Shown here in pieces: positions 24,565 to 35,509 of a DNA stretch of 64,000 nucleotides. Made by a program: the position numbers and the translations under genes. The notes under the pieces were generated by a model. That model was not told the origin of the DNA, searched no databases, and saw nothing but the letters and a program-made list of their open reading frames with translations. This DNA is from Trypethelium eluteriae (lineage: Eukaryota), in assembly GCA_051942245.1 (NCBI GenBank), contig JAVECL010000005.1, forward strand, positions 62,001-126,000, in the 5' to 3' direction. Numbering within the stretch: position 1 is the stretch's first letter; each line of letters opens with the position of its first letter.

Positions 24565-25698
24565 ATGTTCTTTAATTACCTGGTCCTTATTGCTGCTTTC
24601 AATACAGTCGTCCTAGCAAAGTCATTTGCAACCCTCACAACTCATGCAAGGCCAGCGTCCCACATATCTCGTCGTACCGTACACGCAAGCAAGCCCACTT
24701 CACACCTTACCAATTCAACGGCAAATCATCCTAAAAGTACCCCAAAGCCTACTCCATCATGCGTGCTACAGAACGAAGACCCAGATCAGAACATCAATAC
24801 AAGATACTGCATTTGTGACGAGACCAAGACTCTCCCTTTGCTCACCTTGGCAGATTCCTCGGACGAATCATCGAGCTGTCACTATAAAGCTATCCCCACT
24901 CAGAAAAATGCCACGATCCATCCGACTACCACTGCCCTAGGCTCGATTCAGACCAATTCTAAGCTCTGCCAGATATGCTCACCAATCGGTCCATATGCAG
25001 ATTCTTGCACCAGCATGTCTAATTGCTTCCCTCAAACCCCCGAAGCCACCGTTCAAGTCGGCTCGTCACCAGTGCACGTCGGCACTCTCACCGGCGACAA
25101 GCTCTACAGCTCTATCTCCAACGCGATCGAAACCATCTGCCCGACCGTGTCACAGACCGAGTCCAAAACCAGCTGCGCCACCGATTCCGTCTCCATCGAC
25201 AATATCGACTACGTCTCCGGCGGCTTTCTCTCGAAAGGCAGCCTCGTGGTGAAGGTGGATAGCTCCGCCTACAACGAGACCTCCCTCCGTGACGCCATGA
25301 TCAGGTCGGCGGCGCTCACGGCGCAGCACTCGACCACTGGCAACAACTGCTACAGCCAGTCGTACACGGTCGAGGAGCTGATGCGCCTCGATCGCCGGGA
25401 CCACCCCTATCCAGTGCAGGAGAAGATGACCATGTGCAATGCGGCCTCGTTTGCGGGCGTGCAGTACTATTCCGAGTTCTGGCGAACGGCGCCGGAGCCC
25501 GGGAGTACGGATTACATTGATGCGTCGTGGGAGTTTGAGACAGGGCCGATGGACAATTTCGCGTGTGACTTTCTAGAGGAATTGATTAGCGCGCTGGGGA
25601 TTATCCAGCCGGAGTTTGCGGTCGGGGCCACAAGGCTGGCGAAGGCGGTAGATGCTGTTTGTGAGAAGGCAATGGAGCACGTAGATGGGAGCTCGTAG
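24565..25698 (+). CDS. Secreted Cys-rich protein of unknown function
   Basis: 377-aa intronless ORF with signal peptide MFFNYLVLIAAFNTVVLA, 14 Cys and dibasic RR sites. Confidence 0.8.
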   Translation: MFFNYLVLIAAFNTVVLAKSFATLTTHARPASHISRRTVHASKPTSHLTNSTANHPKSTPKPTPSCVLQNEDPDQNINTRYCICDETKTLPLLTLADSSDESSSCHYKAIPTQKNATIHPTTTALGSIQTNSKLCQICSPIGPYADSCTSMSNCFPQTPEATVQVGSSPVHVGTLTGDKLYSSISNAIETICPTVSQTESKTSCATDSVSIDNIDYVSGGFLSKGSLVVKVDSSAYNETSLRDAMIRSAALTAQHSTTGNNCYSQSYTVEELMRLDRRDHPYPVQEKMTMCNAASFAGVQYYSEFWRTAPEPGSTDYIDASWEFETGPMDNFACDFLEELISALGIIQPEFAVGATRLAKAVDAVCEKAMEHVDGSS

Positions 25699-25855
25699 TG
25701 ATCCATGTGGTGGAACCTTAGTATCTGTCTGTACTCCATGGACGAATCTCCGGTGCGGCGGATGTTTGGATTGGATCTTCCCTGTAGCACGGAGTCTATT
25801 TACAAATCAATTATATAACTCTACGGAGGCGAGAAAACTTTTGTCCTTCCACATC

Positions 25856-27007
25856 TTACGGAGGATTCGTGTTACTGAAGCTTGTTCCTACAAACACAGC
25901 CTGGACACTGGCCAATGCCAGACTTGCCGCAAAAATCTCTGCATGCCGTGCAGAGGTGAAAATGGACAGACAGAGACTGAAAACCGCCGAGAACAATACA
26001 ATGAAGATTATTCGCCAGGTAGGGGAGGTGATGAAATAAAGTGCGACTATCGAACAAGTGGGAAGAAGTGAAGACAGCAGTACTACGATCGCCTTGACGA
26101 TACGGCTAAGAACTGTATCACTGTAGCTATAGTTACCCATGTCATCATCGGGTTCCTATTAGACGGAAGGTCAGTGTGCCTGGCAAAACTGAAATCGTAG
26201 ACCGGATAGCATGAGGCTGGGAGAGAATCGTAGTATAGAAAGTACCGACCCGGAATCGTTTGTATATACTGTGAAATGCCTCAAGCAGCGGCCCAGCCAA
26301 GAACCGTGTAAAGGCATCTCGATTGTGGAAGCCTCCTGACAGAAGGACCAAGTCTTTCTGCAGTTGCCTACCTTGGTCATCAACCTCCCAAATAGTGTCC
26401 TCCGGATGATCGAGCCATCGACCACCCGATTCTTCGCGATGGACAAAATTGTAGAGTTCCTTAACCGACAAATCGTCGGCCTTCGGTAACTCGTACAGTC
26501 GCTTTTGCTGGAGTAGAGTATAATCTGAGAGCTTTTCCTTAGTAGCAGGTAGAGACGCACAAGCAAACTCAACGGGCGATACTTACTGTACTTAGACAGC
26601 GCGTCATCCAATTCTTTCACTTTGGCCCACAGCAAAGCGCCATTGGAGCCTGCTGGCGCAGCTTTGAGTTCTCCAACGCGGTGCCGTAGATGCTTTTCGT
26701 CCTGATACAGCTCCTCCAAATGGTTCAGCTCATGCTCGAGCCAAGTAATTTCCGCCTGGCGATAAAGCAGTATTCGCGCATTGGCTGAGACAAATCGCCG
26801 ATAGATGGCGGCGCCGACTGTGTTACCCATGTGGGTTGCAAGGCGTGGGTAGCCATGTTGGGCGAAAGGATCGACAGAAAGTACTCGGCGAAACTTGAAT
26901 CTCTGGGTTCCGGGGTTGGGACTGTTCTCATCTGATGTTTGTTGTTGCGACGCGGCTGGCCTATTGGAACTTGCGAAGTCAGGGCCTGATGTTGCGGCTT
27001 CGCTCAT
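25856..27007 (-). CDS. DUF6594-type protein with three C-terminal TM helices, 3 exons (331 aa)
   Basis: GYPRLATHMG..AIYRRFVSANARILLYRQAEITWLEHEL is the family N-terminal signature. Introns 26525-26586 and 26156-26249 give a clean frame. The C-terminus is LLPTCSIVALY..WRIIFIVLFSAVFSLCL..AEIFAASLALASVQAVFV. Confidence 0.85.
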
Positions 27008-27778
27008 GGCAGCCAATTCCAACGACTCATATCATACCTCTGCCGTGTGATGAACAATTGGGAGCCGGGCTGAAGGCGATAATGAATCAAGACACACCGC
27101 CAAGAGAGGGAGAGCCGCAAGGCGTCTGGCACTAAGTACTCCGTACGCCTACAATTTCTTTGTAGACGACATTTGCGTGTTGAGTGGTTGGCTGAGAGGT
27201 TGGCGAGGCGAGGGGAGGCGATTGGCTGAATCCCAGCTAGATCCCAACTAGATCGCAATTAGCCCCGGGAGGTGCATCATGGAGCATGCATACACCCCCG
27301 GCGCAATACATCATCGCTCCATAGCTGGCTGCAGGCCTGTGGCACAGTTCAGCTCGTGCCACAATAACCATCATAGCCACCCCTTCGATTAATAGACCAT
27401 ATCGCGTACTCCATAAGGAATACTGTTGGTGCATGCGGAGTACCTCCACAGTACCTGACCCGCGAGGGCCAATATTACGCCATTTTACCAATTTCATGCT
27501 TAGCTAGTAATCCTCATTTTTTAAAAACGCCGTATCAGACCTGGCTGTCTCACTGGAGGCCCCCGAGAGCTGTCCGAGACTGGAGGTATATACCAGCGAG
27601 AATTTCAGCTGCACCAGCTTGTACCGTGCGAGATAGCATTGTCTTACGAAAGACATCAAGTATTATGACCAAGATGCTGCACTCCGAGTCTTAGCTTCGC
27701 GTTCGACAATATCTGCGCTGAGGATTCCAGTGGTCTTTCTAACTCTCCATCGCGAATTGGCATTATTAATCAACGGTG

Positions 27779-28765
27779 ATGGCTTTCGAACATACGAACC
27801 AAGATACCCTTCCTGCAAAGCGAGGTCTTGATGATCTGGATCCAAACGCTCCATCTCCCCAGCCAAAGCGCATGGAGCAGCTAGAGAGTACACCGCCAGA
27901 CGAGGAAGTTGGACCGCTGGATCTGCCAGCCGAGGATGACACACCTGAGGTCTTCGATGTTCCCGAAGGAGGTCTAGCTGAGGACGAGCAGTATGGAATT
28001 CTCGACGACCCCGAAGAAGACCTGGTCATCGAAGATGAGGAGTACGAGGTCTTCAGTGTTCCTAGAGGAGATCCAAAATCACGCGATACCACCGAAATTC
28101 CGATTATTGCAACAAGACTACCAGATGAAAACCCTGTGACGTTATGGGCAACCATGGATACCGGCGCCAACTTCAACATTATCGCCAGGAAGACGGTCGA
28201 GCGCCTTGGTCGTCTCTCCGAGCTAAAAGACTATCAGGACGAGGCTCAAGAAATGGGTAGCAACACGTATCCAATCACCCATACGATAATCCTGGATCTC
28301 TTAGCTGGACGAACCAATCGCTCGCTCGCTGCAGTTCAGTTCTTCGTCCTGATGGAGGGTGAGATTGATTCAGACGTAGATGGGAATCCTGACGTATTAC
28401 TAGGATGGCCCTTGCTGAGGAAGGAACACATGGTGATGGTCGATGTGGAGTTTGCGATCGAGGCCAACCCAGAATACGAGGTCATTGCCAAGAAGGTAAA
28501 GGACGAAGGGCCTCTGCTAGAAAGAAAAAGGGTATACATGACCTTCAGCGGGGGCCATGCGGGTCCCTCTCCTTATGCCGCACGCGGGAGAGCTGTACTC
28601 CAGCACGGTGGTCGCGTGCCGGGCCGGGCCCAGCAGGGCATTCTGAAGCAGGGTGGACATAATCCAAGCGGATACAACCCGAGTAGATATAACCAAGCCA
28701 GACAAAACCAAGCCAGACACAACCAAGGTAGATCCAGGCAAGGCTTCGGGTTGGGATTTCTGTAG
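27779..28765 (+). CDS. Stand-alone retropepsin-like (clan AA) aspartic protease with acidic N-terminus and N/Q/G/R-rich C-terminal pseudo-repeats
   Basis: Intronless ORF with catalytic ATMDTGANFNII (GAT at 28157) and downstream DVLLGWPLL motif. No gag/RT/integrase is nearby. Confidence 0.8.
   Translation: MAFEHTNQDTLPAKRGLDDLDPNAPSPQPKRMEQLESTPPDEEVGPLDLPAEDDTPEVFDVPEGGLAEDEQYGILDDPEEDLVIEDEEYEVFSVPRGDPKSRDTTEIPIIATRLPDENPVTLWATMDTGANFNIIARKTVERLGRLSELKDYQDEAQEMGSNTYPITHTIILDLLAGRTNRSLAAVQFFVLMEGEIDSDVDGNPDVLLGWPLLRKEHMVMVDVEFAIEANPEYEVIAKKVKDEGPLLERKRVYMTFSGGHAGPSPYAARGRAVLQHGGRVPGRAQQGILKQGGHNPSGYNPSRYNQARQNQARHNQGRSRQGFGLGFL
28652..28741 (+). repeat. Six degenerate 15-bp coding tandem repeats (GGHNP SGYNP SRYNQ ARQNQ ARHNQ GRSRQ)
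   Basis: ggtggacataatcca agcggatacaacccg agtagatataaccaa gccagacaaaaccaa gccagacacaaccaa ggtagatccaggcaa. Confidence 0.8.
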
Positions 28766-30005
28766 TTGATATGAAAGACGAGTCCTGCAGTTTCACCAGT
28801 ACTGGAGCGAGGGAATCATTCCATCACATCAGCTTTTTTTACTTGCCTTTCACATAATTTACCATCGTTGTCCTTCCGTCTCTACCAAACAAGACTCATC
28901 GGGCATCCCCGTACCGCGGCGATCGTGCTTCGCATCTTCATAGGTCTTCTTCCAAATGAAGCACTCAGCGAGTAAAATACTTCAAGGCAGCTTTGACCGA
29001 CGCATCTTGGTTGGCGAGGCACCTATATCGGATTCGCACAACAAAGACGGCTGGCTGGTGCGTGTCGCAGTCTTCAGTGAAGCCAGCATGATGTCGTCGT
29101 TATGCGTCTTCGCGAATGATACGAACATCCAGCAGCGTGCTTGGAGCAAAACGTTCGTCACTAAAGTTCCGAAAGCGCTGTTGAGGCTGCTCGTCCTTAC
29201 TACCATCAATCGTGCGACTTTGGGGCTGGCATTAGCAACTGCGGATTCACATTGAGAAGATATACCGACATGCAGATGGAGTTAGTTCCGCAAGGGCAGA
29301 TTAACAGGTCTGAATATGTGAGAGAAATAGTGAAATCTATCTCTGACTAGTTGAAAGATGATGATGAGAGAGAGTCTGGGAACGATAAAGAGAGGACAGA
29401 ATTTAATGCCCAATTAAAAATTGAAGGCTCAAATGGTGGATGCGATAAACATGAAAATATTGGCTCTTCTGAGTAGGAGATGTCATGGGCAAACTTCGGC
29501 TCAAGGATGTCCAATGATCAATGTGTGTGACAAGCCTTGTATTGCTTTTATCCTTACTGATAACATTTTGCAGGGAAGTCATGAGTGCGTCGGTGTCGGT
29601 GCAGCGCTCGTCCCTCAGGCATGCCCTAGAGGAATCAATCGAGTCCCACGAAGGTGTACCACAAGAATTCTTCCGGACCAGTGAACTGATGTTGTGCGCA
29701 CGTCGACTTGAGTTTATCTCTGCAAGTCGCGCAATTCGCTAAATAGATGGGTTGTGGACCGTATCGGGGCTGCTCCTCTGCGTCTCTCAGCCACACTGTT
29801 GTTGTAATTAAGGGGTGGTGCTGGGGCTGAGCAACTTCTCTTGAGCCATGAAAGTCACCTCCTTGTTTCACAATCTTCAGCTATTGCTGCATATTCGGAA
29901 GGACCATTTAAACAGCGAGCATGATGCCTCTTCTAAGATTTCCTCGAGCCTTTATGACAAAACCTTCATTCTGTAGGCCGGATTGATCAGAACCAATCCA
30001 AGAAA

Positions 30006-31714
30006 ATGCGTCGCTTTACCATGCGCTCAAGAACAGGATGCAAAACTTGCAAGTACGCGCTTTTTGATCAATAAATCGACATAAGAATTTTCTGACTGTT
30101 TTAAGAATTCGAAGAGTGAAATGCGATGAAGCAAAGCCTGCCTGCAAAAGGTGCACCAATACGGGTAGGCGTTGCGATGGTTATGATCAAGTTCAGTCAG
30201 CCAGATACTCGCTAAATGCTGGAGCTGCGAAATCAAGCCGAGCGAGTTCAATATCGCCAACACAAGCCTCTACAGATGCGCCTTTGCTGTTGAGGAGCCC
30301 TAGATTTGGGGGTGATCTGGATCGAGATGAGAAACGTGCCTTGGCTTTCTATCAGGAATGCACCTCAAGCAAAACCACAGAAGTCGTCAATGATGATTTT
30401 TGGGGCACCATTGTCTTACAATTCAGTCTACTGGAACCCGCAATCAGACATGGTCTCCTCGCCTTGAGCGCCTTGCACGAGCAATCTGTATCAGGAGGTT
30501 CAGGAGCTAAGGGGCTGAGAAAGAGCGACCGGTTTGCTTTCAGACAGTACAGTCTCGCCATTGTGGGGGCCAAGAATCTCGTCGGGCGCGTCAACTCTGC
30601 AGCGAATTCGACGGAATTTTTGAAAGTGCTGGTCATGAGCGCGATTCTAACGTGCTACGACAATATTGTTGGGAATTACGAGAGAGCGCAGACACATCTC
30701 CGGTCTGCCATGAAGCTCATCCGATATAAGAACCCAGCAGGATTCTGCAGCAGCTCAACTTCGACTCAAGGAGATGCTTCTGTGCATCGTATAAATGAGA
30801 TGATGGCGGTGAAGAACACACTCTTGCAATTGGATTTCCAAGCAATGACCTTCTCCGACGCCTCCGCGCCTTACCCTCACCTTATCCAAGGACAAGACGA
30901 CATCGAGGACCTGCCCGAAGAATTTCAAGACCAGAACAGCGCACCTGAAGCTCTCTCGTCAATCATCTCCCTCTTTCGCTTCATGTTCCACATTTCCGTC
31001 CAAGCCAAGGCAACTCCAATCTCTCCATCCAACCTCGAACATCGGAAAATTACTCTTACAGCCCGTTTCACCCGCTGGGCAACCTTCTACGCTCCCCTCC
31101 TCACGCCTATACCTCGGACTCCTCCGTCGGACATAGAGAATGCAAACGCCATCCTCTTAGTTCAAATCTACTATCACACCTCCATAACTCTCCTCAACCC
31201 AATCTTCTCCCCGTCCGAATATTCCTGGGATACCCATATCAAGACGTTCATGACAGTACTTGCCCTGTCCGAGCGGCTCGTTGCTTCCACATTCCCGTCC
31301 TCCAGCCCGATCGTTCAGACGGAGAGCTCAAAGTCCGCTTGGAATCCTTTCACCTTTAATATCGGCCTCACCATCCCACTTTTCCTCCTCGCATTCCGCT
31401 GCCGGCATCCATTGCTGCGTCGTCGTGCCGTGGAGCTGCTGAGTGTGCGTGACCGTCGTGAGGGCATGTGGAGGAGTCGGGCTGCAGCGGAGGTCGCAAA
31501 GCGGATCATTGCTCTGGAGGAGGAGGGGATAGAGAATATGGTGAAAAGCGAGAGGGATATCGGAGAGGAGAAGAGGGTGCGAGCAGTATTTACGAAGGTT
31601 GTGTTGGACGAAGAGGAGACGGGAGGGGAAGGGAAGGTGTGGGTGAGGGCCTTGAAGATGCCTTGGGGAGAGGAAGGGGAGTGCGTTGGGCAAGAGTTTT
31701 TAGTCTGGATCTAG
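30006..31714 (+). CDS. Zn(II)2Cys6 transcription factor
   Basis: RSRTGCKTCK|intron ~30053-30106|IRRVKCDEAKPACKRCTNTGRRCDGY, with the fungal TF C-terminal motif CRHPLLRRRAVELL..RREGMW. The start is uncertain and an upstream exon is possible. Confidence 0.9.
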
Positions 31715-31957
31715 AGATGGAAGTAAAACGAAATGTACTCTAGATGATGTGCGTAAGAATCAGTTGTAAGATTGAAGTGGACATTACATGGTCCGGATCC
31801 TCTCAGGTAAGCGATCGGGAATAGATAAGGTAGGTAATGGTATGATTGGAACGAAACCATCACACGATTGGAAAGGATAGCTGAAGATTAGGTAGAGTAA
31901 TAGAAGTAAAACCACTATGAACGAGTAAGAGAATTCGCTCGGAAGACAACTAGCAGT

Positions 31958-34183
31958 CTAGTTCGGTGGGTCGATTACAAATAAATCCTGAATAACCGCC
32001 GTCCCGTTCATTAGCGCCGTGACTTGGTTCTCGGTACAGGTGGTGTTGTAGGACCAAAAGTAACACCGGAAAGGTATTGGGTCTGGCAGCGTATTCTTGA
32101 TCCAGAAGCTAGACTGGGGCCCCTCCGATCTATAGATCGAACCATTTCGTTGTGGAAGGGTCGAAACTTTGCCAGTTGCAATGTCCTTGTTGAAGAGAGC
32201 GCGGTCGAAGATGCGAGAGACCGTCTCTGGTTGGTATGCTTGTACTATGGAAAAAGGCACATCAGTACCTCGGATATAGACCTCGCGCGAAGGTTCATGA
32301 ACAGGACGGACTTACCAGTATGGCCGGATTCAAAGACACGAGAGAATGAGAAGTTCCCGTATTGCCTCACGACGCCACCAGTATATGTCTCATTTGTGGT
32401 GATATTCTCGTACCCACTGGCACGGAAATTTGTGGCATCAGGATAGCTAGCATTCAAGCTAATAGCCTCACCTCCAAGCCCTGGTCTCTATTAGCGGAAT
32501 TTCAGGACTTGTTGCAGCAAGGAGGAAAGCCTCACAATTGCACCTGTAATCCCTATCGCCATATATCATGGAAACTTTGATGCCTTGGCTTAGTAGAAAG
32601 TTTAGATCAGAAATGCTTCTGCGCTGGGTGTCACCAGTGCCGAACTCAAAATTGTCCGCACTGGCAATGGAGTCTTGCGTGTAGTTGACTTTGACTCCCA
32701 GTGCTTCCTGTACCCAAGGCTGATTAAGGTATCCGACAAAATATTCGAAGGGATATTGCTCAGGACTCGGCAGAGAAATGTCGAATGCGCTTAGCTATTG
32801 AACATGAGCTGATATACCGACGTTGTATAGAAACAATACTAACGCCCGAAAGTTCCAGGAACGCCCCTTGGACAAACGCAAAGCAATACTCAAAAGCGTC
32901 GACGCAAAGTTGGTTCACGGTAGAATTGAGTCCCAGTTCATCGGGATCACTAATAGCACCGAGTTCACGGCATTGGTTGGTCAAGTCAACGCATCCTCCC
33001 GGCTTCGTGAAATTGTTGACAGCATCCTCGAAGACTGTCTGATTGATACCCTGTAAACCATATGTATTGTTGTACGCGTAAATCGGGTAGGACTCCCCAA
33101 TGACGACAACGTCAAGGCAAGCGTTCGTAAGTCCAATAGCATCTAAAGGTAGAATGGTGGCGTTGGCGACTTCTAGAGAGTTGTTGGCGATCTTCAGATT
33201 CTGCTGTTCAATAAAGGCGCCATAGGCGGGCACATAGTAACCACCGTACTAAAAAGGTATCAGCCGCTGAACAAGAGGATGAAAGTGGAGTAGCATACCG
33301 AGTTTCCCCAAATGTTAATCTTTTCATTTTTTGTTTTGTATTCGGGAAATCTTCACTGCATTTAGCATCAAGTATATTATATGATCGATATTATTAAGGC
33401 ACTTACTCCTGAAACCACAGCTGAGCAAAGTGCCAAATAGCACGAGCACCCTGGCCGCAGGAGAGTGCAGTATTATTCGGATTCTGACTGCCAAAGTTGC
33501 CGAATATTGTGGTCTGGTTTTGGTTCACTGACATATTCGACTGTTCGAGCGATTCGATGGGTGTGATGTTTCCCGAGAGGAGATCAAGGCTGCCATTTGT
33601 GACTGTATCGTAGGAGAATCCCACCATGTTTGGCTGATCAATGTACAGAACATTGGAGTGTGCATTCCAAGACCATGGATTCAGGACAGTGGTGTTGGAG
33701 TCATCTTGTACGACACAAGGACCAGCCTCGCCATCTAGTGCAGCAGACACGGACGAGTCGCCTGGACCGCCGGCAAAGTATATAGTGGTAGGAGCGTCGA
33801 GAGGGCTGTTACGAGCTTCAAAGTACCAGAAGAATGTGTTTAGATCATACGGTTGTCCCGGGATTTGTGAATCAGCGATGATATCACTTGGCAAGTGGAC
33901 GTATCCGCTGAAGGATCTGACTCCGGGTGTGGTTTCACAGACATGAGTCTAGCAGAAGTATAGGTGTTAGCGTAGTAATAGGAAGGACGCTCGCAATCCT
34001 GCTTACTTGTTTGTAGGATATTGAAGCACCTGGAAATAATTGAGACGGAAAGGTCATTGTGTCATTCTGCGGTATTGCTGGAGTGGGAGAGAACGGTGCA
34101 GTATGAGGGCTTGGTGAATGAAAGTATGGAGAAACTGAAGCAGCAATAGTGGTAAGCTCTGTGATGCTATGATGGAAACCCAT
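31958..34183 (-). CDS. Serine carboxypeptidase, family S10 (carboxypeptidase S1-like), multi-exon
   Basis: CETTPGVRSFSGYVHLP, TFFWYFEARN, GGPG, NPWSWN..LYIDQP..GFSY, nucleophile WGNS|YGGYY, YGDRDYRCN (Asp) and VFESGH (His). Confidence 0.92.
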
Positions 34184-35413
34184 ATTGACAAACGACAGAC
34201 AAAAGATCAATAATGTGTACGAGCTAAAGAATGGGGACCACGGGCAATGAATTACGAAAATGACTGGGAGATTGGAAAATCGAGACAATCAAACCCGTGT
34301 GCCAAAGGAGGTCATTTTATATGAAGACGGTTACGACAATTCTTAAGGCTCTTCTGCTCAGCCAGCTCAATGCTGCGCCCTTTACACCCAGGAACAGCAT
34401 CTTCGCTAAGCGTCTCAAATTATCATGCTTGAGTGGATTTCTAATGAGCAGAGGCTGTTAGCCTTTCATTTAGTACTATTTGGGACAGGCAAGTTTATGT
34501 AATAAGCGAACAAACCAATCAGAGCAAGGCCAAGAAGTTGGCCCTCCCAAACGGGAAAAAACATTTAGTGTGCTTGCATCCATGCCCGAAGACCAGAGAC
34601 AGCGACGGCGTCGCGTCAAGGTATATTGATTAGACATGAAATGATTGAGAACGCTCAGCTTTCCGTATTTTTCACGCCGTCCCTGACCAGCCTGAAACAC
34701 GCGAGCTGAACCAGGCCAATCTGGCTAGTACGGTCATAGACGAGGTCTCGAGTTTGTTTCCTAGGACCTGAGCAGGGCGACGAGCGAAGGGCGAAGATGT
34801 GAGCAAGAAATCGATTTCCGAGACGACTCAGGAGCACTCTAGGTCAGGTTCTAGGGAGAAGATTGGTGGATTGGTACTCCGTAGGTCACCCTGAGGCTGC
34901 ATTTTAGGAGATGGTTGTCGGATCGGATAATCCTGACATGCGATGGCTTCAATAATGCTTCTCGGCAAATCTCGGGGAGAGACGGAAGAGTTCGCGTTCC
35001 AATGAGGCTTCCCATCCTATCACCCTATCGTCTTCATTATCTCCTTGTTCTTCATGATCAGAACGCGCTGCTCGGTCTATTCCGGCTCTGGCATTGTTTC
35101 ACCTAGACCATTCAGATCCCTGGAAGACGCAGGGTTTTTTGCTGGGCATTACTTCTCCGCGCGCTCGTTGAAGCCAAATTTGGTCGTTATGGCGAGCGGT
35201 GATAGATGGCGTCACAACATAGATGCTGGATCACTCCGAAAATGACAATCGAACCCCCAGAAACTAGCACTAATAGAGCAGGCAAATCCCTATTCGATTA
35301 CCTAAACCCATTCCCCACGACCGAGTGGAACGGTTTGTACCGGGTTCTGGTTATGATTTTACGGCGGGGCTAGATCCCTCGGCAACTGCGAGGAGCTTCA
35401 GTGCTGTGACGTT

Positions 35414-35419
35414 TATAAA
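35414..35419 (+). promoter_or_regulatory. Putative TATA box of malate synthase gene
   Basis: TATAAA lies ~90 nt upstream of ATG 35510 and is followed by a CT-rich tract. A SYGGRG (CreA-like) GCGGGG lies at ~35364. Confidence 0.4.
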
Positions 35420-35509
35420 CTCCGAGCATCTCCATCTCTTTTGGTATGCCTTTTCTGTCACACTCAGCCGATCCCGTTGCCTGTTGACTATATCACTCAT
35501 TAGATCAAG

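Noticed and set aside
27779..28765. Protease as an LTR retrotransposon remnant
   Set aside because: No gag zinc knuckle, RT, RNase H, integrase or LTRs are nearby, and the ORF is intact without RIP-like decay.
29480..29742. Possible small spliced gene between the protease and the Zn2Cys6 TF
   Set aside because: The best donor/acceptor pair leads to an immediate stop, and no protein features are recognisable.
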